64,000 nt of DNA from contig WTGQ01000002.1 of assembly GCA_011525365.1 (NCBI GenBank), forward strand, positions 473,064 through 537,063, given 5' to 3'. The notes under the pieces were generated by a model that saw only the letters and a program-made list of their open reading frames with translations, searched no databases and was not told the DNA's origin. Positions 37,954-49,065 of this stretch are shown in pieces (the stretch's first letter is position 1; every line of letters starts with the position of its first letter). Position numbers and translations under genes: made by a program. The DNA is from Acidobacteriota bacterium. GTDB taxonomy: Bacteria; Acidobacteriota; Thermoanaerobaculia; Multivoradales; Multivoraceae.

Positions 37954-39287
37954 GCCAAGGCCCGTTCCACCGCGCCAGCCAGTGCCTCGTCATCCTCCCG
38001 AGCCACCGTGCGCAGATCGAGGAACAGGCGGCCCTCGCGCTGGTAGCCGACGATCGGCGGTTCGCCCTGTCGGAGCCGGGCGGCGACGCCGGCGGGAACC
38101 GTGAGGGCCACCACCCAGCCCTCGATCTCCTGCTCCGGCGCGGAACCGCCGCCGATGTAGGCGCTGCCCCGGACAGCCTTGCCGCCAAGCCGGGCTGCCA
38201 ACGTCTCGACGCGGCGACGATGCTCTTCGTCGTCGCGCCACAGAGCCGCGATCGGCATGGGCAGCGCCGCCAGGTGCCTCCGGAGCACCGCGTCCAGAGC
38301 CGTCAGAACCAGCCTTCCCGGCCGGATTGCCCGGTAGAGCGGCGATTCCCGGAGCCGCGCGACGATCTGCTCCCGACCCGCGATCAGTCCTGCCTGCGGG
38401 CCGCCGAGGAGCTTGTCGCCGCTGCCGCAGACCAGGTCGCAGCCGGCTTCGATCAGGTCGTGGAAGCTCCGGTGGCGACGGAGTTGGGGCGCCGCCTCCG
38501 GTCGCAGCATGCCGCTGCCCTCGTCGACCAGGAGCGGGAGGCCGTGGCGGTGGGCGAAGTCGGCGAGAGCCGCCGGATCGACCTCTTCGACGAAGCCCTG
38601 GATCCGGTAGTTGCTCGGATACACCTTGAGCACCAGGGAGACGCCTGGACGGATGGCGCGCTCGTAGTCGGAGATGCGCGTGCGGTTCGTGGTGCCGACC
38701 TCGATCAGACGTGCGCCGCTCGCCTCGAGGATGTCCGGAATCCGGAACGAGCCGCCGATCTCGACCAGTTCGCCCCGGGAAAGCAGGACCTCGCGGCCGG
38801 GCGCCAGACTGGATAGAGCCAGGGCGAGCGCGGCGGCGTTGTTGTTGACGACCAGCGCCGCCTCGGCGCCGGTGAGGGCGCGGACCAGGTTCTCGACTCG
38901 TCGGCCGCGGTCGCCGCGGCGGCCGGTCTCGAGGCTCATCTCCAGATCGCAGTACGCGTCCAGGCGACCTGCCAGGTCGGCGATGACTTCGCGGGGCAGA
39001 GGCGCCCGGCCCAGGTTCGTGTGGAGGAAGACGCCCGTCGCGTTGAGCACCCTTCGGAGCGGCGGCGCTTCCGCTTCCAGGGCGGCGCGGATACGTCCCG
39101 GGATCCCGCGGATCCTCTCCGCCAGTTCGTCGTCGTCGATTCCGGCCAGAACCTCGGCCCTGACCGCGTCGAGAACGCGCGTCGCTTGGACCCTCAGCGC
39201 TTCCCTTCCGTATAATCCAGTGAGTTCGGCAAGCGGGCTCTCCTGCAGCAAGTGTCCGACTGCAGGTAGTCGTCGCAGTTGACTCAC
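37950..39287 (-). CDS. selA: L-seryl-tRNA(Sec) selenium transferase
   Basis: Full-length SelA with the PLP-lysine region 'LVCGSGDKLLGGPQAG' and the characteristic N-terminal 'LPAVGHLL'. Confidence 0.92.
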   Translation of the reverse strand: MSQLRRLPAVGHLLQESPLAELTGLYGREALRVQATRVLDAVRAEVLAGIDDDELAERIRGIPGRIRAALEAEAPPLRRVLNATGVFLHTNLGRAPLPREVIADLAGRLDAYCDLEMSLETGRRGDRGRRVENLVRALTGAEAALVVNNNAAALALALSSLAPGREVLLSRGELVEIGGSFRIPDILEASGARLIEVGTTNRTRISDYERAIRPGVSLVLKVYPSNYRIQGFVEEVDPAALADFAHRHGLPLLVDEGSGMLRPEAAPQLRRHRSFHDLIEAGCDLVCGSGDKLLGGPQAGLIAGREQIVARLRESPLYRAIRPGRLVLTALDAVLRRHLAALPMPIAALWRDDEEHRRRVETLAARLGGKAVRGSAYIGGGSAPEQEIEGWVVALTVPAGVAARLRQGEPPIVGYQREGRLFLDLRTVAREDDEALAGAVERALA

Positions 39288-39351
39288 GTCCTGCAGATCC
39301 TAAACCGGCAACTCCGATCCCGCGCGCCGCGCGAAGAGAGCCACGACTGCC

Positions 39352-40569
39352 ATGAAGACGATGTCCAGAGCGACGGTGCTGACGCTGGTCTGGCTGATCG
39401 TGGGGCCGGGTCTGCCGGTGGGCGGTGTCCCGGAGGCCGCGGCTCAGACGTTCGAGCCTGTGCCGGCGGGAGTCCGGAATCTCGACCGGGCGATCGCGGC
39501 GCAGCGCAAGCGGGTGGACGAGCAGACCAGGTCTGCGGATCGCGCGAGCGCGCTGAACGACCTGGCGAACCTGCTGGAACTTCGCGGGGATGTCGAGGGA
39601 GCGCTGGAGCACTACCTCGCCGCGATCGCCGAGCACAGAGCCTGGGCGCCAGCGCACTACAACCTGGCGCTGCTTGCGTACACGACCGGCGACCCTGAGC
39701 TGGCCTCGACCCACCTGGAAACGGCCATCGAACTGGATCCCGGGAACGCATGGGCACACTACCAACTCGGCCGGATCGCGGACGATGCCGGAGACGCTGT
39801 CGAGGCCGTGAAGCACTACGTGCACGCCCTGAGCCTGGACACCCGTCTCGCCTTCACCGATGTGAACCCTCACTTCGCCGTCAACCGGTACGCCACCGAG
39901 GTGCTCCTCAAGGCGGACCGAAGCCGGGTGGAGGCCCTGCCACCGCGGACCTACTCCGAGCCGGGGCGAATCAGCAGCCTGCTGCTGCCGAGGATAGAGG
40001 AGGAAGCGGTGGCCGTGGATCCGGCCGGCGTCGTGGAGGCAACCGAGACGCTCGAGCCGGACCGGGACTTACTCCGGAGAGCGATCCCGTTGCCCGGAAG
40101 CGAGGGCGCGAGCGCCGAGGGCTTCACGCAGGCGAACCAGTCGCCGGGTAGCCTCCCCACAGGTGGCCAGGCAGTAGCCCGGAAACTGGATCGTGCCGAT
40201 GCCGTCGAAACGGAGTGGACGGCCGCCGACACCGGCCGCGCGACCGCAGGCCCTGCGACCGATTCCGACGAGGCGCACGCCGGGGAGCGGCCGCGGGTTT
40301 TCACACGGGAGCACCTGCGGACGCGTACCCTCGGAGGCGGCAGCGTGGCGGTCGGGGCACCAGCGGGCGGCGCGCCGTCACAGGTGAGCCCCGCCGGGGG
40401 TTCGGGTGGCGGTGTCCAGCCCGGAACCCCCGTCGGCCCCGGGGGCAGGCAGCCGACTCAGCCCGCGGCCGGGACCTTCCGCGGCGGCGGTGAACGGTTC
40501 CAGCCAAGCGCTCGCAGCAGCGCGCAACTCGAGACGACGATCCGCCGGCGCACCGTGCCTGCACCCTAG
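39352..40569 (+). CDS. Secreted TPR-repeat protein with a disordered Gly/Pro-rich C-terminal region
   Basis: A signal peptide is followed by three or four TPR motifs (WAPAHYNLALLAY..., AWAHYQLGRIA...). The last ~120 aa are low-complexity G/P/A. Confidence 0.75.
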   Translation: MKTMSRATVLTLVWLIVGPGLPVGGVPEAAAQTFEPVPAGVRNLDRAIAAQRKRVDEQTRSADRASALNDLANLLELRGDVEGALEHYLAAIAEHRAWAPAHYNLALLAYTTGDPELASTHLETAIELDPGNAWAHYQLGRIADDAGDAVEAVKHYVHALSLDTRLAFTDVNPHFAVNRYATEVLLKADRSRVEALPPRTYSEPGRISSLLLPRIEEEAVAVDPAGVVEATETLEPDRDLLRRAIPLPGSEGASAEGFTQANQSPGSLPTGGQAVARKLDRADAVETEWTAADTGRATAGPATDSDEAHAGERPRVFTREHLRTRTLGGGSVAVGAPAGGAPSQVSPAGGSGGGVQPGTPVGPGGRQPTQPAAGTFRGGGERFQPSARSSAQLETTIRRRTVPAP

Positions 40570-41960
40570 CCGATCGCTTCGACCTCCAGCCCGGTCAACA
40601 GCAGGGTCGGGGCGCCGACTGGCCCGGGCGCGGGCAGGAAGCGGAGGTCGTCGCCGATGGCGCGAATGCCCTGGAGCAGCTGCCGCAGGGAGCCGGTCAG
40701 CCTCACCCTGGGGGCTTCGCCCAGGATGGCGCCGCGGCGAATCACCAGACCGATCGCGTCGACCTCGAAACGACCCTCTTCCACACGTCCTGCACCGCCG
40801 TTCGTCGAGGGTTCGAACGTCGCATGGCACCGCCCGTCATGCGCTCTGTCCAGCAGGTAACAGCCATGCACGATGCCGCTCCGGATCGATTCGGCGGGTT
40901 CGGAGGCGCCGGCGATGTAGAGGTGGGAGTGGCAGAGTTCCGGTAGTGCTCGCCATCCCGACCTGCGCCGGCAGCCGGCGGCGGCGAAACCCGACCACCC
41001 GTCGTCCTCCCAACTCAACAGCGGCTCGCCGGGTTCGCCGTCGCGTACGAGGGCCACAGCCCGGGTCGGGACGCCCTCGTCGTCGAGGGCCGCGCTCATC
41101 CAACCGGCATCGAGGCCGCCGTCGTCCACGATCTGCAGTTGGGGCGGCCCGAGCGGCCGGCCGGCGCCGAGTTTCCGCAACCGCCGCCAGCCGTCGCGCC
41201 CTCGCAGCAGGGGCGCGAGGAGTGCCAGCAGGGTGCAGCCTAGCGCCGGGGACACCGCGACCTCGCCGGCCGGCAGGAAGGGCGGAGCGGAGGCCGTCGC
41301 CAGCGTCAGGCGTTCCGCGATCTCACTCGCGATCGAGTCGGCGCTGAGCAGTTCGAGGTTCGAGGCCGCGCGGTAGAGCCTGCAGTGTCCCCGGCGACCG
41401 TCCCGTGAAGCGGCGAAGTCCAGTTCAACGGTCACGAGCCGCCGCGCGCTCCGTCCGGTGACGCCGGTCGTGCTCGCGAGCACCGCGGCGCTGGCTCCGC
41501 TGTCGAGCCGGCCCCGGACAAGACGGGCCTCGGGCATTTGCTCACCGAGACGCCGCAGAAGGTCATGCAGGAAAGCCAGGCCTGCCGTTTCCTTGTCGCC
41601 CGCCGAGTGTTCGCCCGCATCGGCGGCCGGAGACGGCAACGTCCTGGAGCAGGGCGACGGCAGCCTGAGGGTTCCCGGCCGCAAGGAGTGGCGATTGAGC
41701 CGCCTCCAGCCGTTCGGCTCCAGGAGGGGGCCGGAGTCGGCTAGAAAGATGGCGCGGCTGGCGCTTCCCGCCCGCAGCGCCCATCCCCGCTCGTCAAGGA
41801 CGGACACCTGTGCTTGCAGGCCGTCGGGGTCGGCCGTCACTGCCGCCATCCAGGGGTCGATCTCGATCCGGCGAGTGTTTCCGACCTTGACGTAGAGTTC
41901 GGCGCTGGTCGCGCCGGTGCGTTCACGCACAGCGCCTAGCGCCAGCTTGAGGCTCCGCAT
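40566..41960 (-). CDS. pmbA: PmbA/TldE-like protein (TldD/PmbA family, non-catalytic partner)
   Basis: It has the TldD/PmbA fold (a C-terminal 'GGxGxVxxG'-like region) and lacks HExxH. It is encoded 20 nt downstream of tldD. The start was chosen at 'MRSLKLALGAV'. Confidence 0.8.
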   Translation of the reverse strand: MRSLKLALGAVRERTGATSAELYVKVGNTRRIEIDPWMAAVTADPDGLQAQVSVLDERGWALRAGSASRAIFLADSGPLLEPNGWRRLNRHSLRPGTLRLPSPCSRTLPSPAADAGEHSAGDKETAGLAFLHDLLRRLGEQMPEARLVRGRLDSGASAAVLASTTGVTGRSARRLVTVELDFAASRDGRRGHCRLYRAASNLELLSADSIASEIAERLTLATASAPPFLPAGEVAVSPALGCTLLALLAPLLRGRDGWRRLRKLGAGRPLGPPQLQIVDDGGLDAGWMSAALDDEGVPTRAVALVRDGEPGEPLLSWEDDGWSGFAAAGCRRRSGWRALPELCHSHLYIAGASEPAESIRSGIVHGCYLLDRAHDGRCHATFEPSTNGGAGRVEEGRFEVDAIGLVIRRGAILGEAPRVRLTGSLRQLLQGIRAIGDDLRFLPAPGPVGAPTLLLTGLEVEAIG

Positions 41961-41980
41961 TCCGGGGAGCCGCGCGGAGT

Positions 41981-43321
41981 TCAATCGGCCACCTGCAGTC
42001 CTTCCAGGCGGATCGACGGGCAGCGGGCCCAGACCGGCATCAGGGCGCCGTCCTTCGCGCACCAACCGGCGCCGCCCGCGAGCGGACGGTCCGCGACCGC
42101 GGTGACCGCGGCGAGAAGATCGACGGCCCGCGACCGGATCTCGATCGGGCCCGTGTAATCGGCCGGGCCGCTTGCTCCGATTCGCCGGCCGCACGGCGCC
42201 CGCAGCACGCAACGGCCGTCGAGTGGATCCAGGTTGCCTCTGTCGAACTCTCCCAGGTAGAGGCCGCCGACGGCCTCGGCGAAGAGTTCCCTCTCAGGAA
42301 CGGTGCCGGGAAGCAGTTCGAGATGGGTGGTGCGCGGTCCGGGCAGCCGATGTCGGCTCGCGCGGCGGGCGGCGCCCGGGATCATGCTGGGGCAGCGCTC
42401 GGCCCAGGCCAGGTCGGCGAGGGGTTGCCGGACCCTGCCGCGTCTGAGCAGCCAGCGGCTGATGACCGGGGTGCCCTCGTCGTCGTTCGAGCGCTTGCAG
42501 GCCAGCGGAGCGGAGCGCGGATCGTCGACCACATCGAGTTCCGGGCCGCCCAGCTTCAGCCCGACGACCTGGTCGGGAACGCCGGAGAGGCCGAGGGTGT
42601 CCGCCTCCAGCGCGTGGGCGACGACTTCGTGGAGGAGGACCGCGGCGGCGTTCGGCCCGAGGACGATGACGCCGGGAGCGCGTCGGTGGGGCGGCAGGCC
42701 TCGCGAACGCAGCCGGTCGACGAGGCGGAGGGCGACCGGGTCCAGGTCTTCATCCGCGAGCGACGGCAGGAGACCTCCCCAGACGCCCCACGGCGTCGTC
42801 ACCTGCAGGCTGAAGTACTCCTCGAACTGCGGCGCCGCCGCGATCGGACTGCGGATGACCTGTACCTGGCGGCGATGGCGGCGCGCGGTGATCTCCATCG
42901 GGAATCCGACGCGCCGCCGGTTCACGGCGCGGTTGAGCCTGGACTCGGCCTGTTCGAGTTCGGCCAGGCGCAGCGCGGGCCAGCTACCCGTCCTGATACG
43001 CGGCGGCACCGTGCCGATCGAGCGGGCGGTTCCCGCAACCCGGTCGCAGCATGCGGCGAAAGCAGGCCCCGAGATCGTGTCGGCGGCCGCCAGACGGCTC
43101 CTGCCATTCTCGGTCTTCCTCACCCCGAGGCCCTGTTCTCTCCGCAGGCGGACACGGTTGGGAGCGCTCAGCGGCAGCAGCTCGACAGTCTCGAGGCGCT
43201 CGAAGAAGGCCTCGAGCTGTTGGTCTCCGGGCCCGACCAGGCGGCCTAGCGCGTCGGCCGGGGCGGCAACGTCGGAGGTCAGCAGCGGCCGCGGATCGGC
43301 TCCGTTGGCGTTCGACCTCAT
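41981..43321 (-). CDS. tldD: TldD-like zinc metallopeptidase
   Basis: 'LHEVVAHALEAD' is the HExxxH motif. 'GWCAKDG' is the TldD Cys motif. The start is uncertain (43321 versus 43381). Confidence 0.85.
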   Translation of the reverse strand: MRSNANGADPRPLLTSDVAAPADALGRLVGPGDQQLEAFFERLETVELLPLSAPNRVRLRREQGLGVRKTENGRSRLAAADTISGPAFAACCDRVAGTARSIGTVPPRIRTGSWPALRLAELEQAESRLNRAVNRRRVGFPMEITARRHRRQVQVIRSPIAAAPQFEEYFSLQVTTPWGVWGGLLPSLADEDLDPVALRLVDRLRSRGLPPHRRAPGVIVLGPNAAAVLLHEVVAHALEADTLGLSGVPDQVVGLKLGGPELDVVDDPRSAPLACKRSNDDEGTPVISRWLLRRGRVRQPLADLAWAERCPSMIPGAARRASRHRLPGPRTTHLELLPGTVPERELFAEAVGGLYLGEFDRGNLDPLDGRCVLRAPCGRRIGASGPADYTGPIEIRSRAVDLLAAVTAVADRPLAGGAGWCAKDGALMPVWARCPSIRLEGLQVAD

Positions 43322-43353
43322 CGGTGGGATTCTAGGGCGACTTCGCCTGTGGT

Positions 43354-44955
<1,602 letters not shown>

Positions 44956-45018
44956 GTGAGCGGGGTCGCGGCCGACATCTCAACACCTCACCAGCGGCAA
45001 GGCGGAGATCAGGAGCGA

Positions 45019-45528
45019 ATGAGCGACATCAGAGTGGGTATCGTCATGGGCAGCGACTCGGACTGGCCGACGATGAAGAAGGCGGCGAAGGTCTGCGCCG
45101 AGTTCGGCGTCGGCTGCGAGTCGCGGGTTCTCTCGGCCCACCGGACTCCGCGGGAGACGGCCGAGTGGGCCGAAGGCGCGGCCGAGCGCGGTATCGGCGT
45201 GCTGATTGCCGGCGCCGGCGTCGCCGCGGCGCTTCCGGGGGTCGTGGCGGCCGCGACCACCCTGCCGGTGGTCGGCGTCCCGGTGGCGAGCGGCCCGCTG
45301 AACGGTGTCGACGCCCTGCTGGCGATCGTTCAGATGCCGCCCGGGATCCCGGTCGCTACGGTGGGTGTGAACCGCGCCGACAACGCCGGGTTGCTGGCTC
45401 TCCAGATCCTGGCGCTCGGCGATCCGGATCTCGCCGCCGCCTTGAAGGCTTACCGCAGTCGGATGGGAGAGCGCGTGGCCGCGGCGGACGAGCGTGTCCG
45501 GCAGGATGCGGTTACGCTCCAGGAATGA
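45019..45528 (+). CDS. purE: N5-carboxyaminoimidazole ribonucleotide mutase
   Basis: 'VGIVMGSDSDWPTM', 'SAHRTP' and 'AGAGVAAALPG' are the PurE class I motifs. An AGGAGCG RBS is present. Confidence 0.92.
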   Translation: MSDIRVGIVMGSDSDWPTMKKAAKVCAEFGVGCESRVLSAHRTPRETAEWAEGAAERGIGVLIAGAGVAAALPGVVAAATTLPVVGVPVASGPLNGVDALLAIVQMPPGIPVATVGVNRADNAGLLALQILALGDPDLAAALKAYRSRMGERVAAADERVRQDAVTLQE

Positions 45529-45758
45529 GAGAAAAGGACCGCAAACTTCGTCGTCGCCGCCAGCGCCGGCTGAAGCGCCTCAAGCAGCGCCGCCGGCAGG
45601 AGGCCGCGACCCGGGTGGCGGCGCCGCGGCCGGTGAAGGTGCGGCGGACCAAGGCCAAAGCAAAGACGAAGACGTCGAGGAAGAAGGCGTCGAGTAAGAA
45701 GACCAAGGCGTCGCCCGCGCCGGCCGAGCCGGAACCGGAAACCGGGTCCGAGGAGTAG
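45525..45758 (+). CDS. Hypothetical small highly basic protein (Arg/Lys-rich, 77 aa)
   Basis: Its ATG overlaps the purE stop (ATGA). GC3 is strongly biased as in real genes. There is no recognisable domain. It could also be a chance ORF in the purE-rpiB spacer. Confidence 0.35.
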   Translation: MREKDRKLRRRRQRRLKRLKQRRRQEAATRVAAPRPVKVRRTKAKAKTKTSRKKASSKKTKASPAPAEPEPETGSEE

Positions 45759-45766
45759 CGGGGCCG

Positions 45767-46204
45767 ATGAAGTTCGCGGTCGGCGCGGATCACGCCGGAG
45801 TCGAGCTGAAGAACCAGCTCGGCGAAGTGCTGCGGGAGCGCGGCATCGAGTTCGTGGACTTCGGCGCCGACGGTTCCGCGCCGGTCGACTACCCCGACAA
45901 GGCGGTCCAGGTCGCGCGCGCCCTGGCCGCCGGGGAAGTGGACCGTGGCCTGCTCGTCTGCGGCACGGGAGTCGGCATGGCGATGTCGGCGAACCGGTTC
46001 GCGGGCGTCCGGGCCGTCAACCCCGCCGACAGCTACACGGCGCGCATGTCCCGCGCCCACAACGACGCGAACGTCCTGGCCCTCGGCGCCCGCGTCCTCG
46101 GCGCCGGCCAGGCCACGGAACTGCTCGAGGTCTTCCTCGACACTCCCTTCGACGGCGACCGTCACACCGCCCGCGTGGCGAAGATCGACGGCGCCGCGAC
46201 GTAG
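45767..46204 (+). CDS. rpiB: Ribose-5-phosphate isomerase B
   Basis: 'MKFAVGADHAG', 'LLVCGTGVGMAMSANR' and the catalytic Cys are in RpiB/LacAB context. Confidence 0.92.
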   Translation: MKFAVGADHAGVELKNQLGEVLRERGIEFVDFGADGSAPVDYPDKAVQVARALAAGEVDRGLLVCGTGVGMAMSANRFAGVRAVNPADSYTARMSRAHNDANVLALGARVLGAGQATELLEVFLDTPFDGDRHTARVAKIDGAAT

Positions 46205-46240
46205 CTGCTGCTGCCGTAGCCGGGTCAGGGGACGCCGAAG

Positions 46241-47584
46241 CTAACGGCGGAACCCTGTGACGAGTTCCCGCGCCGCGACTGGGACGCCATAGCGGTCGCG
46301 CAACGCGGATCGGACTTCTCCCACGAGATAGAGGGAGCCCGTCACGACCAGGGCATGGGCTGGACTCGAAGGTGCTGCGAGGCAGTGTTGGAGAGCGTCC
46401 CCGGCGTCACCGTTCACGACGGCTCGGCCGGCAGGAAGCAGCGGTGCCAATGTTCCAGGCGCGGCTGCCCGGGGATGGTCGAAGTCCGTCAGCACGATCC
46501 GGTCCGCTTTCTTGGCCAACCGGGGGAGGCACTGTTCAGGGTGCTTTTCGGCGAGAGACCCGTACAGGAGATCGAACCGGAGTCCTGTCTCCTCGAGGTA
46601 CGAGTGGAGCGCGGCCGCGCCCGCCGGATTGTGGGCGGCATCGAAGAGGATCCGGCGGGACCCATCGCGGGCTTCGACGTCGACCCACTCCAGCCGACCC
46701 GGCCAGTGGACCGCCTCGAGGCCATGCCTGACGGCCTCCGGGTCGAGGTTTCGTCCGACGAGGGCGCAGAACTCCTCTGCAGCGCGTACCGCCAGGGCGA
46801 GGTTTGTGAGCTGGTGGCCGCCGGCCAGGGGCGCCCGGAAACGGTACTGGGCGTTCGGCGTGGTCAGCGAAAGATGCCCGACTGCGAGCCGGAGGTCGAA
46901 CACGACCCCATCCCCGGCGTCGACGAGCTGCGCGCCGCAGACCGCCGCGCAGCGGCGAAGCTCCCGCTCCACCTCCGGCCGGCCGGGCCAGGTCAGGCAG
47001 GCGCGGCCGGGCCGCATCACGCCGGCCTTCTCGCCGGCGATGGAGGTCAGGGTCCAGCCCAGTTGCGGCGCGTGGTCGCGCGCCACCTGGGTGATGACTG
47101 AGAGCAGGGGGTCCGAGACGTTCGTCGCGTCGAGCCGACCGCCCAGGCCGACCTCGAACACCGCGGCGTCCACGCCGTGATGGGCGAAGTGCAGCCAGGC
47201 CGCCGCGGTCAGGCTCTCGAAGTAGGTCGGCGGCGCCTTGCGGGCGGCGTCCAGCACCCGCCGAAGCCAGTGCCCGAGTTGAGCTTCCGCTATCGCTACG
47301 CCGTCGATCCGCAGCCGCTCCTCGACGTGCTCGAGGTGAGGCGAAGTGTAGAGACCGCAGCGGAAGCCGGCGGCGCTCAGGATCGAGGCGAGGGCGGCGC
47401 TGGTCGAGCCTTTGCCGTTGGTTCCCGCGACCAGCACCGTCGGCACCCGGTGCTGCGGCCTGCCGAGTACGTCGAGCAGGCTGCGGGTGGCCTCGAGGCC
47501 CAGCTTCTGCCCCCAGACTTCGAGGCGGTCGAGGATCTCGCTCGCCGAAGGTTTGGTCGCGCCGGTCACGTGGCGGCGCAGCAT
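46241..47584 (-). CDS. folC: Bifunctional folylpolyglutamate synthase / dihydrofolate synthase
   Basis: 'VAGTNGKGST' is the P-loop. It has Mur-ligase-family architecture. Confidence 0.9.
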   Translation of the reverse strand: MLRRHVTGATKPSASEILDRLEVWGQKLGLEATRSLLDVLGRPQHRVPTVLVAGTNGKGSTSAALASILSAAGFRCGLYTSPHLEHVEERLRIDGVAIAEAQLGHWLRRVLDAARKAPPTYFESLTAAAWLHFAHHGVDAAVFEVGLGGRLDATNVSDPLLSVITQVARDHAPQLGWTLTSIAGEKAGVMRPGRACLTWPGRPEVERELRRCAAVCGAQLVDAGDGVVFDLRLAVGHLSLTTPNAQYRFRAPLAGGHQLTNLALAVRAAEEFCALVGRNLDPEAVRHGLEAVHWPGRLEWVDVEARDGSRRILFDAAHNPAGAAALHSYLEETGLRFDLLYGSLAEKHPEQCLPRLAKKADRIVLTDFDHPRAAAPGTLAPLLPAGRAVVNGDAGDALQHCLAAPSSPAHALVVTGSLYLVGEVRSALRDRYGVPVAARELVTGFRR

Positions 47585-47598
47585 AAGATAAACCCGCC

Positions 47599-48363
47599 AT
47601 GTCGGGTCACAGCAAGTGGAGCACGATCAAGCACAAGAAGGCGGCGCAGGATGCCCGTCGCAGCAAGGTCTTCACGCGGATCCTGAAGGAGGTCTCGGTC
47701 GCCGCCCGGCTCGGCGGGGGCGATCCCACGGGCAACCCGAGGCTTCGTCATGCCTTGTCGGAGGCGAAGGCGCAGAACGTGCCGGGAGACAACATCGACC
47801 GGGCGATCAGGAAGGGCACCGGAGAGCTCGAAGGCGTGTCCTACGAGGAAGTCACCTATGAGGGGTACGGCCCCGGTGGCGTGGCGGTGCTGGTGGAAAC
47901 CCTCACCGACAACCGGAACCGGACCGTGTCGGAGGTCAGGCACCTGTTCACCAAACACGGCGGCAACCTGGGCGAGAACGGCTGTGTCGCCTGGATGTTT
48001 CATCGCCGCGGCTTCTTCGCCTTCGATCGGGCTGTCCTCGAGGACTCCGGGGTAGACGAGGAAGCGCTGGTCGAACTCGCCCTCGAACTCGAGGCCGAGG
48101 ACTTTGCGGTCGAGGACGAGAGCTACAACGTCTATACGTCGGTCGAGGCGTTCCATGCGACGAAGGACGCGATCGAGGAGCGCGGCCTGACCGCGACCGT
48201 CGCGCAACTGACCATGGAACCCCAGAACCTGGTCCAGGTCGACGAAGGGGGGGCGGGTCCGCTCATGCGCCTGATCGATGCGCTGGAGGATCAGGACGAC
48301 GTGCAGAACGTCTGGGCCAACTTCGACCTCGACGACGAACTGCTCGAGCGGCTGGCGTCCTGA
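47599..48363 (+). CDS. yebC: YebC/PmpR-family DNA-binding transcriptional regulator
   Basis: 'MSGHSKWSTIKHKKAAQDARRSKVFTRILKE' is a near-invariant YebC N-terminus. Confidence 0.93.
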   Translation: MSGHSKWSTIKHKKAAQDARRSKVFTRILKEVSVAARLGGGDPTGNPRLRHALSEAKAQNVPGDNIDRAIRKGTGELEGVSYEEVTYEGYGPGGVAVLVETLTDNRNRTVSEVRHLFTKHGGNLGENGCVAWMFHRRGFFAFDRAVLEDSGVDEEALVELALELEAEDFAVEDESYNVYTSVEAFHATKDAIEERGLTATVAQLTMEPQNLVQVDEGGAGPLMRLIDALEDQDDVQNVWANFDLDDELLERLAS

Positions 48364-48382
48364 CCGTCTCCGGGGCGCCGCC

Positions 48383-48898
48383 GTGATCGTCCTCGGGATC
48401 GATCCCGGGAGTCGCTACACGGGCTTCGGCGTGGTGGAGCAGGATGGGTCGAGGGTTCGGCAGCTTGATGCGGGCCGGATCGCCCTCACCTCCGAGCCGA
48501 CGCCGGCGGCGCGCATGGCGCGGTTGGCCGAGGGCCTGGAGGAGACGCTCGAACGCTGGCAGCCGGCGGCGGCGGCCCTGGAGACTCTGTTTCACGGCCG
48601 CAACAGCCGCTCCCTGATCGCGCTGGCCCAGGCCCGGGGCGTCATCCTGTCCGTCCTCGGGCGCCATGGCCTGGAAGTCGAGGAGTACTCCCCGGCCCAC
48701 GTCAAGCAGGCCGTCTGCGGTACAGGTCGAGCCGACAAGACCCAGGTCTCCCGGATGGTCGACGTGCTCCTGGGGCCAGCGCCGGTGCGGCGCAGCGCCG
48801 ACGCATCCGACGCCCTGGCCGTCGCGCTCTGCTACGTCCACCGGCGGCCCCTGGAGCGGGTCATGGAGGCGGCCGGAGCGTCGCCGGAACGCGGTTGA
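48383..48898 (+). CDS. ruvC: Crossover junction endodeoxyribonuclease RuvC
   Basis: 'VLGIDPGSRYTGFGVV', 'LETLFHGRNSRSLIALAQARGV' and the C-terminal 'DASDALAVALCY' acidic catalytic residues are present. GTG start. Confidence 0.9.
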   Translation: MIVLGIDPGSRYTGFGVVEQDGSRVRQLDAGRIALTSEPTPAARMARLAEGLEETLERWQPAAAALETLFHGRNSRSLIALAQARGVILSVLGRHGLEVEEYSPAHVKQAVCGTGRADKTQVSRMVDVLLGPAPVRRSADASDALAVALCYVHRRPLERVMEAAGASPERG

Positions 48899-48906
48899 TC
48901 GGGCGG

Positions 48907-48934
48907 TTCCAATGCCGAACCCGTGTGCTATATT
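48907..48934 (+). promoter_or_regulatory. Putative sigma70-type promoter for the exbB-exbD-exbD-tonB operon, followed by a ~120-nt structured leader
   Basis: An AT-rich TATATT (-10) lies 16 nt downstream of TTCCAA (-35), which is unusual in 70%-GC DNA. The downstream leader contains two GC-rich stem-loops (around 48950-48985 and 49004-49020) before the GGAGG RBS. Confidence 0.35.
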
Positions 48935-49065
48935 GCTCCACCGTTCCAAGGTGAGCCAGGCACCCCTCCCGGTGTAGGGGTCACCGCATGTCCAGAATCG
49001 CGTCCGCCTTCGGCGGGCGGTTCAACCAGGCCCGTCGGCGGGCGCAGTTCTGAGGAGGTAGCTAG

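Noticed and set aside
37950-39287. selA as evidence of a selenoprotein operon in this window
   Set aside because: selB, selD and tRNA-Sec are not nearby. selA is isolated between pilus and TPR genes, so no local system can be claimed.
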